NCBI GenBank assembly: GCA_951406725.2
Contig: OX597817.1
Span: 117,490,001 to 117,554,000, forward strand
Source: Octopus vulgaris
Lineage: Eukaryota
Direction of reading: 5' to 3'
Length of the DNA: 64,000 nt
Every line of letters starts with the position of its first letter. Positions within the stretch are counted from its first letter, which is position 1. The position numbers and the translations under genes were made by a program. Of the stretch, positions 27,245 to 39,771 are shown piece after piece. Under the pieces are notes generated by a model. It was given only the letters and a program-made list of their open reading frames with translations, ran no database searches and had not been told where the DNA came from.

Positions 27245-27760
27245 AAGATCCTTCCTACATATCCTAGCTGTCCCTAACACAGTTTTCTGGAGTTGCACTA
27301 AATTAGGTTTTATGCCTATTTCCATTATCCATATGTTCAAATATTTAGGGATAGTTCCAAATGCACATATAACTACAGAGATACATTTTAACTTCACTTT
27401 CCATAGCCTCTGTAACTCAATGGCTAGGTCCTGGGATGATGGCAGGTTACTACATGTAACCTTAGGTATCCAAAAGTTTCCAGCTGTATTTCAAGTACTT
27501 AGAATCTTCCTGATAATCATTGCTGTCCATAAGAGACAAGCTTTCTACAGAAGCTCTACCGGGCATTCCATTCCAATCTCCTTCAGCTATTTGTCTTTTA
27601 CTTTTTCTTACTGTTCCCAATGTACCAATTATTATAGGCATGGCCTTTATGATTCTCATGCCCCAAATTCTTCCTATTTCAAATTTTAAGGGATGCTGAG
27701 TTGATAAGTAGCAACTTTGCTTTTCATTATCTATAATTATGGCTGATCTATTATTTTCTA
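27245..27760 (-). mobile_element. Two tandem C-terminal relics of R4/Dong-like non-LTR elements (restriction-like endonuclease end)
   Basis: IIIDNEKQSCYL...EIGRIWGMRIIKAMPIIIGTLGTVRK...LLQK-like end (27480-27760) and QDLAIELQRLWKVKLKCISVVICAFGTIPK (27245-27432). Confidence 0.72.
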
Positions 27761-29029
27761 GGTACATCTTTAAAAATGTTGTCCTTGTTGACAGCACAGT
27801 TAGATAAATACTCTTGATTTTATATTTGCTTTGTTGTAAGAAGAATTATTTCCTTTAAATTTAAATTAAACATGTTACAGTTACAGATTTTGCTCAATTC
27901 TTTCAAAATGTCATGCATATTGTTTCAATAAATATACCAATGTAGAACATAAATATTTTTCACTATCTTGAGCTGAAGGCCAATCACTAAAGTTATTGGT
28001 ATAGGCTCATACTACAATCTCGGACTTTCTCATATGATATCTTCTATCTATATATACCATGTTGCTCCCCCTATGTCTCTATTCTTCTGAACTAACTACT
28101 TGTATACGACTATGGCACAAAACAACTGGGAATGGAACAGTTATCTCCTTCTCTTTTCCTTATTGTGTATCACTCCCAATTCTTGGAACGTCCTTTTCAG
28201 ACTTACGAATATTTAGAATACTGTCCCCACTATCGTTTTTCCTGCAGATGTTGATTTAACAATGATAGCAATGAACATCAACCAAATTGATTTCATAAAT
28301 TGCAAACGTTTTTAAAGGTCACAGGCAAAATCCAACTAAACAACAGAAAATTGAATTAAAATGCAACCACATAACCAGATATTCTTTAAGCTAACAATAT
28401 ACCAGACTGTTATAGCGTGTTATAACAGTAATCGTTTCTATTTTTATATCCTTTAGAAGATCTATTCTCAGACTGTTTTGTAGTGTTTTCACTAACTGAA
28501 AAGCTGGTGTTATGTAAACACATATTATGTTTTTACAAATTATGTACTGATATCTTTATTAATATATCAATGAACAGATGTAATATGGAATAGATGATCC
28601 AGATATAGACTGCCACTTGATTAATATCTTCAGTTACATACATAATGGATAGTGTAGCAACTTTCTATTTATAGATACTGTTTTGCCTTCTAATATACAT
28701 ATCTAAATAAAAGAATCAATCACTATTAGAATTTTATGTTTATAAATAAGTTGATCACATCTTCAAGTTATTAAAGAAAGTGTAATGAGATTAGATTTTC
28801 CTTTGTTGTATGAGAAAGTAATTATTTCATCTAAGAATAAATTAAACAATTTACAAGTCATTTTCTTTTCAACCAATAGTGAAATGTCACTCATAATCTT
28901 TTAATAAATTTATCAGTTTTTCTTAGCTATCTTTTATATAATTAATGAAAATAGAAAAGATTTAAAAGAAATATTCGATCTATTTTTTGAAATGTCTGAA
29001 AACACTTTCTTTAATAATTTCTGTCGCTG

Positions 29030-29220
29030 TTATTGTTTAGCCCCAAATCAATCCTGATCTAGCAGATTACGATATTACAATTATGAGCATCACGTCTTTC
29101 AAAGGAAAGGCATAAATTATTCAATATAATTATATTTTTTAAGGTTATAAGATGTGATTTAAAGTAGATTAAGTAGGTATTTTAGCCTGTTTAGTGACTA
29201 CCTAGTGACTCTCATTTGTT
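29030..29220 (+). repeat. Unclassified interspersed repeat family
   Basis: The GTTTAGCCCC.AATCAA.CCTGATC.AGCAGA motif recurs at ~16517-16600(+) and inverted at ~55365-55440. Confidence 0.5.
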
Positions 29221-30285
29221 TAATAATTATTGCAGTGTTATGGGTCAGTTGTGTAATGAAGTAAGGTGTTAATTATCAGAGACTGGCAGAGATAATATGA
29301 CACAAGGATATAAGTAAATGTCATTATATCTAAAATACTATTTATGAGTTAGTAAAAGGAGTAAGTAAAATGTATTCCTGATTAATGAGATTGTCAGACT
29401 CGACATCTGTAGGTCGGTACTTGTTGAGAAAGGATAGGCAGGGATGCTATTTCAGACAGTTGGTACTCTGATAATCTGTGCATGAAGGATTGGGCTCTAA
29501 GAATTAGACATGGCAGGGATGACACCAAGAGAAGTGATGCATGGGTGAAGATGTTATAAGCCTGCCATTATAACTGTAATAAGCAGACATTAAAGGCAGA
29601 ATATTGGTCACATAGGATCATAACACAATTGCAGTCATTTCCTTTGTCCTTTTGCCCCCATTACTCTCTGGCTATGGCACTCAATTGTTCCTTCATCTGA
29701 TTAGCAAGTATTTTGTATCAAAAATAATAATTAAAATCCTATACACCTCCCTCCCCACTGGTCATTCAGTGCTGGTAGCGTCATCACTGATCATAAGCTG
29801 CTGGAATCTCTTTTGGTATCAAATTCAAACATTAAGTTGTTTCAATCAACCGACCAAATTAATCATTAAATTAATGTATCTGAGTATTTTACGAACATTT
29901 GTGCCCCAAATGTAATTCTAAAGCCGAATCAGTATGACACTATATAATACAGTGATAGACCTTTAAGTTATCGGTATAGTCAATCAGATGGATTTGCATA
30001 GGTTTCTTCTACCCCGTTTCTCCTCACTGGTTATTGGTTGACCCGAGACTTGCACAGAGTTTAATAAAATTCGTTTGTTTAATGCTACACAATAGGACTG
30101 AACATGGAAACTCATGACTACAAAGCAAATGTCTTAACCACTTTGCCATGCCTGTGTTGATATGGGATTTTTGCTGTACGCGTTTACTTTTACTATCCAT
30201 GCCTTTAGTATTAAACTACAGCGTATTAACATGACCTTCATTTAATGCATGCATATACGTTTATGAATATATATATGTATGTATA

Positions 30286-30344
<59 letters not shown>

Positions 30345-30364
30345 ACACATATATATGCACATAT

Positions 30365-30660
30365 GTGAAAGTGCATTGCTTAGCGTTTAGGGTATTCGGC
30401 TCGCGATCGTTGGATTGTGAGTTCGAGTCCTGGCGGTGCGTTGTGTCCTTGAGAATACACTTTATTTCACGGTGCTCCAGTCCACTCAGCTGGCAAAAAA
30501 TGAATAGTACCTGTATTTCAAGGGGCCAACCTTGTCACACTCTGTCACGGTGAATCTCCCTTAGAAGTATGTGAAGAGGTACGCGTGTCCCGTACGTTAA
30601 TCTCACGAGCAAGCTGTTTGGATCAACTGGATCCTCGTCGTCGTAAGCAACGGAGTGCCA
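30365..30660 (+). mobile_element. tRNA-derived SINE with family A core and family D tail
   Basis: B-box GTTCGAGTCC. Core CACTTTATTTCACGGTGCTCCAGTCCACTCAGCTG matches 1780-1815. Tail GTACCTGTATTTCAAGGGGCC...GGATCAACTGG...CGGAGTGC matches 9362-9542. Confidence 0.8.
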
Positions 30661-30699
30661 GTTAATGTGTATGTATATATATATATATATATATATATA

Positions 30700-31033
30700 G
30701 GTTGAAAATATGTGGAAAATATATTTAAAAAGTGGAAGAGAAATGCCTTCGTTTCACATAGTTTAATATCTTTTTATAAAGAATGTTTTTAAAATATACA
30801 CATCTGTTATGGCTGTAGTGATATCCAACCGGGTTTAGCTCTTTAAATTAGCTTTTAAAAATAAAATTTTGGGATTTCTTTATAAAAGGTTATTAAAATA
30901 TGTGAAACGAAGGCATTTCTCTTCCACTTTTTATATATGTTTTCCACATATTTTCAACTCATAATTTTGCCACGTGGGGTATACTGAATGTCCAGTATTT
31001 TTGCTCCTTTCCTATATATTTTCATATGTTACC
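30700..31033. mobile_element. Fold-back element in (TA)n, Penelope-like architecture
   Basis: IR ~30701-30784 vs ~30876-30958, with an asymmetric extension to 31033. (TA)n on both sides. Confidence 0.7.
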
Positions 31034-31207
31034 TATATATATATATATATAACAACTAATGTAGGATAACATTTTTTTTAAAAGTTATTTCAATGGCCAG
31101 CATATCAAAAAATACCTTTAAAGGTTAAATTTATAAATAACATATAAAATAAGGGCAAAAGAAAAATTCTAATGCCAAATAATATGTCGAAAAAGACAAA
31201 ATTGTCA

Positions 31208-31287
<80 letters not shown>

Positions 31288-33786
31288 TTGAAATTTATAG
31301 AAAAAGAAAAGACGAAGACAGGTGTACATTCAAGATTTAATGAGAATTGTAGTAATATTCATTGTGGGTGCTGAATCAAAATCTCTTTAGCAGATTAAGG
31401 TAATTTTGGCGTGGTTCTTAATCTTCAAGTCTTCGCTTTACCTAAATTTCTAACACTGGCTATCTTTAGCCTTATAGAAATCTGACCACTAAATTGCTTA
31501 TGTTTAGATTTCCTTTATCTGCAAAAATAACTTTACATTGATAGAACTTGACAATTGAACTTCTGCCCAGATGTTTACTTGATAGAGAGCTATAATGATT
31601 CCAGTTGAATGACACTAGTTTATTCTAGTACTGTGGACGTGTTTAACATCGCTATATGTAGCATCAGTAAAGAATGACAATATAAAAAATATTTTGCACG
31701 TATTCTCCTACGTTCTCTATGCAGAGGAATATATATATATAAATATGCATACAGAGAAAAAGAAAGATATATAAGAGATGGTAGACGAGCAGTAGAGGCT
31801 CTGGTAGAAGATGCAAGCCCAAAGTGACACGCAGTGAGACCGAACTTCAAGATTTGACTATACTAATACTATGATACTTAGATTTCAAAGTATACATTGA
31901 TACTGTAGCGAGTTATCAAGCTAAGAAATGTAACTTAGTTTTGTAATGAGATGTAGCAATTATTATTTACTTAATAGTGCATAACTCTTTCGTTTTAGCC
32001 ATAATTTCTAATTATAAGAAATCAAAAATTATGACTAGATTTCTTGTGCTTTTAGGCTGATTTTCAGCCAATAATCTCTGCAAATAATATCTTAATTCCC
32101 AATAATCTTGACTATTAATCTTTACTATTTAATTATTCAAGAAACATAGTCACGTAACTGACAACAAATCAATAATCAATTATAAAATAATGAATCCAGA
32201 ATGGTTCATTATAATGGACATCATCTTACCAAATACATTTGTTAACATTAATCATGCAATAAAACATTGCTAATTATCTAAGACAAATTTCTATCTTTTT
32301 TTTCTTTTCGCATTTTCATATTTCCTTGGGTAATATTTCATTTTATGTAAAACTTCGTTTGCTACAAAATCAGATTACTCTTTTCAAAGTTATTCGCAGC
32401 TTGGCCTATACTGAATGTTGTTAAAAGACGGATTTTTTTTTAATATAAAAGAATACGCAAGGACTATGAGTTTCATGTTTCAGCCAAATCCATTTTATAA
32501 AGTAAGAGAAGGAGCTCCATTAAGGCATTAAAATCAAGTCATTAGCCTCTATTTATTGAGAGATGGGAGATTCACTACTAAAGTCGTGCTATATTAATGT
32601 AAAGTATTCATATGCTAGAAACGTAAGCCCAAAAGTAATGATTTCTTAAGTGGGCTTCAGAGAATTCCTTGAAGGAGTTCTAAATAGTATTTACTCTTTA
32701 TTGACAAACAGAAATGTTTTATCTAAAACATGAACGCTTTAAGCGTAATGATTTCAAACAGTCACCACTTGCATTCACACAAATAAATATACGTACATAT
32801 GCACACACACACTCATGTGTGTGCATATATATGTGTGTGTGTGGTGTGTGTGTGTACATATGTATATATACCTGCATATATATACCTGCATATATATACC
32901 ATTCACATCTTAATAGTAATACCAAAATACACAGCAAAATTAATGATACGAAGCATAGAGATTTTAATTTCACTATATTAATTCCTTCCAGAAAGGAACA
33001 AATTAATATTGTGGAAGTATTGAGAATCATTCATAATTTTCTGAAGGATTTTTAGAATTACATTTCATGGCTCTTAATAATTACAGAACCCCTGAAATAA
33101 GTTTGGTGCTAGAAGAAGAAAGGAAGCCCAACTCATAGGTTCCTGCAATAGAAAGTAAGGGACGAAGCTTGCTGTAGAGAGAGTAATCCACTAAGGGGCC
33201 CAAATATCTCCTGTTGATGGTGTAAAACTGGGTAATAAATTTAGTGTACAATAATGTAACAAAAGATGGAAACAAATTGAAACTACTAATCGTACTATGT
33301 TTATACTTTTGGGTTGACTCCCTTTACTGGGTTACTTGTATAACAATTGATGAAAAATATTGTCCGTTATGGGTTCCCAATGAGTGAGAATTATTTACTA
33401 GTTTACTGCATTTCTCATAGGGGCTGTTATTAGAGTGCGCTTGTAAACAGAGATAGAACAAATAATATTGAGACATTTTTAGAAAGCACAGTTATTTTTT
33501 CTGTTTTCTCAGCTCAGGTTTGACAAATTTCACCAACACACAATCACAACATAGATAGGAAACATAGTTAGGTTGCATCCCTTACTGGTTGCATATCCAT
33601 GAATTTTTGAACGCTCCATCTGCCAACATTCCTCTTATAACTTCTTTTTACTAAGCTGTCGATAAAGATTTCAGAGTGCAAATTCAAATCATTAGAGCAC
33701 AATTTCATCTTTTCTATATTGAGCGCCTCTGGATCGCAGCTGTTGACTCTCTCACTCTCTCTCTTTTATCTTTCTTACGCTCTTTC

Positions 33787-33906
<120 letters not shown>

Positions 33907-34646
33907 AGTTGAATAATAAATGTAAACGGAAATGAAGAAAGCTTCTTAATAATGCAAAGACGAAAGTTGAAAATCCCTATTTATTGTGGGCGCAAGGGCC
34001 CATCTTCAGAAGTGTACTGTCAAAGAAATGTTTATCTAGGTAGATCCTGCTATTTGTATAACCGGATGGGCAGTGATCCAGCTTTAGTTCAGTGCTTGTG
34101 CTAGCAGCTGCAGTTCTACAAATAATGGTGCTGTTGGTGCTGTAGATGTCACACAGTGGGCAGTGGTGGATGACTGGCCGTATGTTGGCAACAGTGGTGG
34201 TGAATGAGGTCATCGTTAGTGCTCAATACCATGGTGGTAGTTGGTGGTCATAGTAATGGCAAATGCCATGTTGGTAGTTAGTGATAGTGTTGTCTATATC
34301 TGTGTTGTTGGTAGTTTTACTAGTTGTTGACAAGGTAGTGACAAACAACAACAAAAATTCCCATTGCGAAAGGCAATGGTAGTGGCGGTAGTTGTTTATG
34401 GTAGTTGTTGGAATGCTTTTGGTAGGCAGCAGTGCCAATCACCTTTATGGTGAGGATATTCTCATCATAGCTGCAGTGATGGGTGGGTGGGGGTTGTAAT
34501 TTACAGAAGCTACCAGCTAAATTCCGATTGACTATTGATCTTCAGGTAAAGTCGGCGTATACAATGGTTCAATCAAACTACTTGGCTTTTCTTTCATATA
34601 TATATATATATATATATATAGTGAGAGAGGAAAAAAGAGCGACAGA

Positions 34647-34688
<42 letters not shown>

Positions 34689-34783
34689 GTATACATATAT
34701 ATTCATATAAATACATACATTCACACATATATATCCTTTAATGTAAACTGTTGGAAAAAAGATTATTCAGTACCATAGTATAG

Positions 34784-34959
34784 ATTGATGATATTTTAGT
34801 TGGATCAAGCCAGCCTCTTGCGACTTTGAGTTGCACCTATAGGCACACATGATATTCAGATAAGTTGTGACGTGTCACACCTGTCCTGGAGATCCTGTGT
34901 ACCTAGAGGTGAAACTCAGAGTAGCAAGAGGCTGCCTCAGCTAAGACAAAAAAGTCAAT
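34784..34959. repeat. Imperfect inverted repeat (fold-back) next to (TA)n
   Basis: CAGCCTCTTGCGACTTTGAGTTGCACCTATAGGCACACA (34811-34849) pairs with TGTGTACCTAGAGGTGAAACTCAGAGTAGCAAGAGGCTG (34896-34934). Confidence 0.75.
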
Positions 34960-36988
34960 ATATATATATTTGTGTATCTTAAACACATAGCTTGGTTCAT
35001 ATTTTATTCTTGTCGTCTGAATGAATTAATATTGCTGATTGCAAATTACGATTTTATGCACAATTTATTAAAACATGGGCATAAAACTTTTTAAAACTCA
35101 ATACATGAGAACTACTGTTACTTATTAAAGAAAGGACTTGGAAAATAAACCGTAGCCAATATATCTGCACCAGAGACTTAGAATCTTTTAAATCATTGAA
35201 TTCTTTAATATTTCCCATGTTAAAACTTTATTTGTGATTTAGGTATACACCGATTGTGCTAGTTTTACTTGGTGTTGCTGCAGGTACAAAGAAAAATCTT
35301 TACAACATTTATCAGATCATTATTTTCAGAGAAAATAGTTCCAAGGTTTGGAAGTTGCATCTTATATTATTTCTATTTTGCCTAGATAACTTTCATGAGA
35401 CTGAATAACCTTTCTCCCTCATCATATGAATTATATATTATTAAGAGATTATGACCAAATGTTGCAGCATAGCTAAAGGGATTCTTCGTATAGCATATTT
35501 GGTATTTAAAGGAAAATATCTGTCAAAAATTGTTCAGTATAAATAGTGTTGGTTCCTTAAAACAAATGAATATTATAACATTCTTGATGAATACATGATA
35601 TATTCTTTTATAATTTATGTAATTTAACCCCATATACTCTACTGAAAAAGAAATATTTAATATGATTTAATATCTTAAAATATTTTCCTTAATTCAGCAT
35701 TAAAATTATTTATAAATTCAGTTGTGAAAATTTAAAGATATTTTCTATAATGTGTTTTCTTAACCAGTATTTATGAACAGTATCATTTTACAACAGATTT
35801 CTCTCACATGTTACAATTCAGATATCCAGCAAAATAATCGATGTTGATTCTTCATAGTACTAAGATACTTGCAACATATATGGGCAAATGAGAAGAAATT
35901 TTAGACAACATAATTTTATTCGCTTTGGTTGATGGAAATAATTTAATACCTTCTTGAATGTGATTTCAAATTAGATGCAAAAATAAGAGTAATAGTTCAT
36001 ATTCTTCTAAATAACAATACAACCATATAACATTTCAGCGATGCGCTTGCCTGGCAAGGATTTATAATTGCTGTGTGTGGAAACTAAAGCAATTATAACA
36101 TATGACACATATTGGCCATTAAAAAACAAAGAAAACTATGAACATAACTTACTCATTATTTCGTGTCAAATCATCACGCCTGCTGTCTCCTGGTCAGTAA
36201 CACAGTTCAACTACAACTGGTCCGAAATGAGGCTGTTTGCCAGTATATCTAGGTTTCAGAACTTTAAATACAGGGTTTCGCAGAATTAACTATCTATTTC
36301 AGTGATATCAGACAATTTTTTTTTAAAACTCACTTTTATTTATGCTTATCATTTTTAATACGTGTTAGAAGTGCATAAATTTTAAAATTCATTTATAATT
36401 TTATAATTTAAAAAATCTTTTATAATTTTATTTTCACTCCTATTGGATCCTGCTTAGTGGTCCTGCTTTGTTTCAGTTTGGCTGCAATCATTTTCTGTAA
36501 CTTTATCCTTAGGATGGAGCAATAGTTTAGCTGAACACATTCAGTTAGCAGTGCAGGGGATAACTCCTGAAATGATTCACATTGTGTTTGCAATGCTTAG
36601 GATAGCCCTGAAATTTGCAGAGATACAAACGGAGCACATGATGAAAATTTTGAATAAAGTCTAGGAGTAAAATTTATAAATTGATTTGCTTTGATATCAT
36701 AATTAAGTAATAAACATAACATTCAATCGTTTTTTTTTTAAATTTGCACAATTTTACTTTTCTTCTTATCTGTATAGTCCGTCATTCAGTTTGTCATCAC
36801 CTGAAGTTCAGAGTAAGTCTATAGTTAGTTAATGGTTGAAGTTCATGTTCTCTCCCTTCGTTCCTTCTTGCAGCGGAGGTACCTTTGGCATCGTATTGTG
36901 CAACAGGATCAGAAATTAATGCCTTCAATAGAGAATTTATCAGTTCACGCTCATAGATCTGAAACAAAAGGGAGAAGGTATGACACAG

Positions 36989-37048
<60 letters not shown>

Positions 37049-37100
37049 GGTACTATCATTCATAGGTACCGCACGTTATAAATATATATATATATATATA

Positions 37101-37548
37101 AGAAATATTATTATTCTAAATCTCTCAAAGAGAGTTATTCAGCAGCAGTTCTTTAAAAGAAAGGCTATTTGTCAAAATAATGTGGCTCTCCTGGAAGGGA
37201 TGAAGTTACAGTTGTTTAGACCAGGAAACATTATTTTCTTATTTTCAGCTGGCTATACGACACAATATCTGTGTCCTTATATTTTCGAGCAGGGCGTTCC
37301 CCACCCAGATCTAGCGCAAAACAACATCTGTAGACCGGTATCTAGGTTATTGCACTTTATCCCTGTTCGAAAATATAAGGACATAGATATTGTGTCGTAT
37401 AGCCAGCTAGAAGCGATGTTTCCTGAGGCTAAACAACCGTAATATCGTCCTTTCCAGGACAGCGACATTATGTTGGCAAATAGCTATTACTTTTAAGATC
37501 TATTACTGAATATCTCTCTTTGAGAGATTTAGAAATAATAATATTTCT
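37101..37548. mobile_element. Fold-back/MITE-like element with ~190-bp imperfect TIRs
   Basis: 37101-37294 is the diverged reverse complement of 37361-37548. Starts directly after (TA)n. Confidence 0.8.
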
Positions 37549-37641
37549 AGCTTTTGATCAGTAACTGTGTGCCACTTTGAAAACTATATATTCGAACGAT
37601 GAATTCAGTAACGGACCCTAGCCAAGCAGCAACTCTGTGTT

Positions 37642-37826
37642 GATAAAGCACAATAACCCAGAAATCGGTCTACAGATGTTGTTTTGCGCTATATGGGAGT
37701 GCTGAACTCCCTGTTTGAAAATATATACACAGATATCGTGCCGTAAAGCCAGCTGGAAACGATGTCTCCTGGGGATAAACAACAGTAAGATCGTCCCACA
37801 TTATGCTGGCAAATAGCCTTTACTTT
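37642..37826. mobile_element. Partial second copy of the 37.1-kb fold-back family in inverted orientation
   Basis: Matches the reverse complement of ~37160-37360, including the spacer (GGTCTACAGATGTTGTTTTGCGCTA). Ends in (TA)n. Confidence 0.75.
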
Positions 37827-37859
37827 ATATATATATATACATATATATATAGATATTAC

Positions 37860-38150
37860 AAAATGAGGTAATCAGATCGGATGGTTCATATTTATAGATA
37901 TTTATTTATATATTACATTTTTTACATATATATCATATCATTCAGATCATATCATTCGGATTATTAGCGCTTTCTCCCAATCCAGTGGGGTTTTCAAATC
38001 AAATGATTTGATTTGAAAACCTCACTGGATTGGGAGAAAGCGCTAATAATCCGAATGATATGATCTGAATGATATGATATATATGTAAAAAATGTAATAT
38101 ATAAATAAATATCTATAAATATGAACCATCCGATCTGATTACCTCATTTT
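37860..38150. repeat. Near-perfect 291-bp palindrome (145-bp arms, 1-nt spacer at 38005)
   Basis: Arms are reverse complements with one visible mismatch (GGGG at 37987-37990 vs CCTC at 38020-38023). Flanked by (TA)n tracts. Confidence 0.93.
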
Positions 38151-38187
38151 TTCTAATATATAATACCTGTACATCATCTCCAAACCT

Positions 38188-38224
<37 letters not shown>

Positions 38225-38228
<4 letters not shown>

Positions 38229-38626
38229 AGTAGTTGAATGAATTATCTTATTAAGGATAATTCGAAAGATAACCGATGCCTGGGTACCAAATTCACATCA
38301 GAAAGAACACGGCTGAAGCTACGTCCCTAGGGCATAGACTACGTGTCTTCGTGCGGAAATGTGTATGTTTATTTTAAAATTATAAGTATATGAAAGAATG
38401 GAGTTGAACGACTAGTTAACAAATATCCTTTATTCTCGACATATGTTTCGAAGGCTGCATATTCCTAATTCCGAAGGAATAAGGAGTACATTATGCAGAT
38501 TTCTCATCAGAAAAATCAAGGATCTTATGTCGATATCAAAATGCACAAAAAACTTTTAGCTGACCGCAAGGATATTTGTTAACTAGTCGTTCAACTCCAT
38601 TCTTTTATATACTTATAATTTTTAAT
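38225..38626 (-). mobile_element. Short Penelope-like (pLTR-derived) fold-back element carrying the hammerhead, embedded in (TA)n
   Basis: Inverted repeat ~38375-38430 vs ~38568-38624 brackets the ribozyme. (TA)n on both flanks; one side extends beyond the IR. Confidence 0.7.
38426..38522 (-). ncRNA. Type I hammerhead ribozyme (Penelope-like-element style, palindromic stem III)
   Basis: Minus strand reads TCCTTGATTTTT-CTGATGA-GAAATCTGCATA...TATGCAGCCTTC-GAAA-CATATG-TC-GAGAATAAAGGA. Perfect CUGAUGA (38510-38504) and GAAA (38449-38446) cores and a G-C first pair in stem II. Palindromic ACATATGT stem III, GUC triplet (38440-38438), 12-bp stem I with one mismatch. Confidence 0.85.
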
Positions 38627-38640
38627 ATATATATATATAG

Positions 38641-38849
38641 GTTTCAAATATTTGGCACAAGGTCATCAAGTTTGGGGAAGTGTTAAGTCGATTACATGGG
38701 ACCCTGTGTTCAAGTGGTACTTATTTTATCAACCCCGAAAGGATGAAAGACAAAGTTTCCATCAGAAGAATTTGAAGTGGGAATGTAAATATTCGAAATG
38801 CCACTAAGCACTTCCCCAGAGTGTTAGCAATTCTGCCACCTCACCGCCT
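38641..38849 (-). mobile_element. SINE family C
   Basis: GGTACTTATTTTATCAACCCCGAAAGGATGAAAG and head TTCTGCCACCTCACCGCC. Confidence 0.8.
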
Positions 38850-38959
38850 AACAAGCAATACATATTAATGATAGAAATGTCAATATCATTAGAAATAACT
38901 GTAGCAGTGGTAGTAATAGCTACAGTAAAAAGTAAGGTAAGCAGAAGTAATATAATAAT

Positions 38960-39640
38960 TATGACGCGCATTCTTAACTCTTTACTTGACCTTTCCTTCC
39001 TGCCTGTCTGTCTTCGTCTCTACCTGTCTCTCTCCTTCTTATTTTTCACCCTTCGGGTTTCTTTTCCCCTCTCTCTCTCTCTCTCACTCCTCCTCCTCCT
39101 CCTCTTTCTCTCTCACTCCTCCTCCTCCTCCTCTCTCTCTCACTCATCCTCTCTCTGGCCGCTGACCGGACTACTAAACTTTCTTTCTGCCCGCTGCTTT
39201 CAACAAGTCAACACCGACTTTCTTCTGTCTTCCGCAAGTCGATCTTGAAGAATGCGTTCCAACGAATTTTTCCACCGTCTAAACTTAAAAAAAGCCCTTA
39301 TCGTTGGTTTCCTTGTCCTGTTTTTATACCTTATGCGTACTGTTTTTTTCTTTATTTGTATTGCTTTTACGTCCTGTTCTTGTCCCTTTTTTTACCCCTC
39401 TGCAAAAGAATTTTATTTAATTCATTTTGCAGGAAGCACTGCTTCGGCCCGATCGTGTTCTGCCCTTTCCTTCGAAACACGCATTGAGTCGAACCAGAGG
39501 CAGCTGATGAAGGGGAATATTTCTTGTATTGTTTGGCTTGTACTCTGTTTTTTCGTTGTTAAAAAATGTCCGTTTCCTTGCTTGCTTTTATGTTTTCGTT
39601 TCTCGTTTTGTTCTACGTTTATTTGTGGTGTCCTGTACTC
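38960..39640 (+). mobile_element. CpG-retaining CT-rich repeat ending in (TA)n, possibly a Penelope-like 3' region
   Basis: Polypyrimidine (CT/CCT)n block, CGAAAC...GTC...CTGATGA motifs, T-rich tail running into (TA)n. No credible ORF. Confidence 0.35.
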
Positions 39641-39732
39641 ATATATATATACATGCATGTATATATACATATAGATATAGGTATGTACATATATGTATGT
39701 ATGCATATGTTTTATTTATTGAATTGTTATTA

Positions 39733-39771
<39 letters not shown>

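Noticed and set aside
39252-39674. 140-aa hydrophobic ORF that looks like a membrane protein
   Set aside because: The hydrophobicity comes from T-rich repeat sequence running into (TA)n; no domain or splice support.
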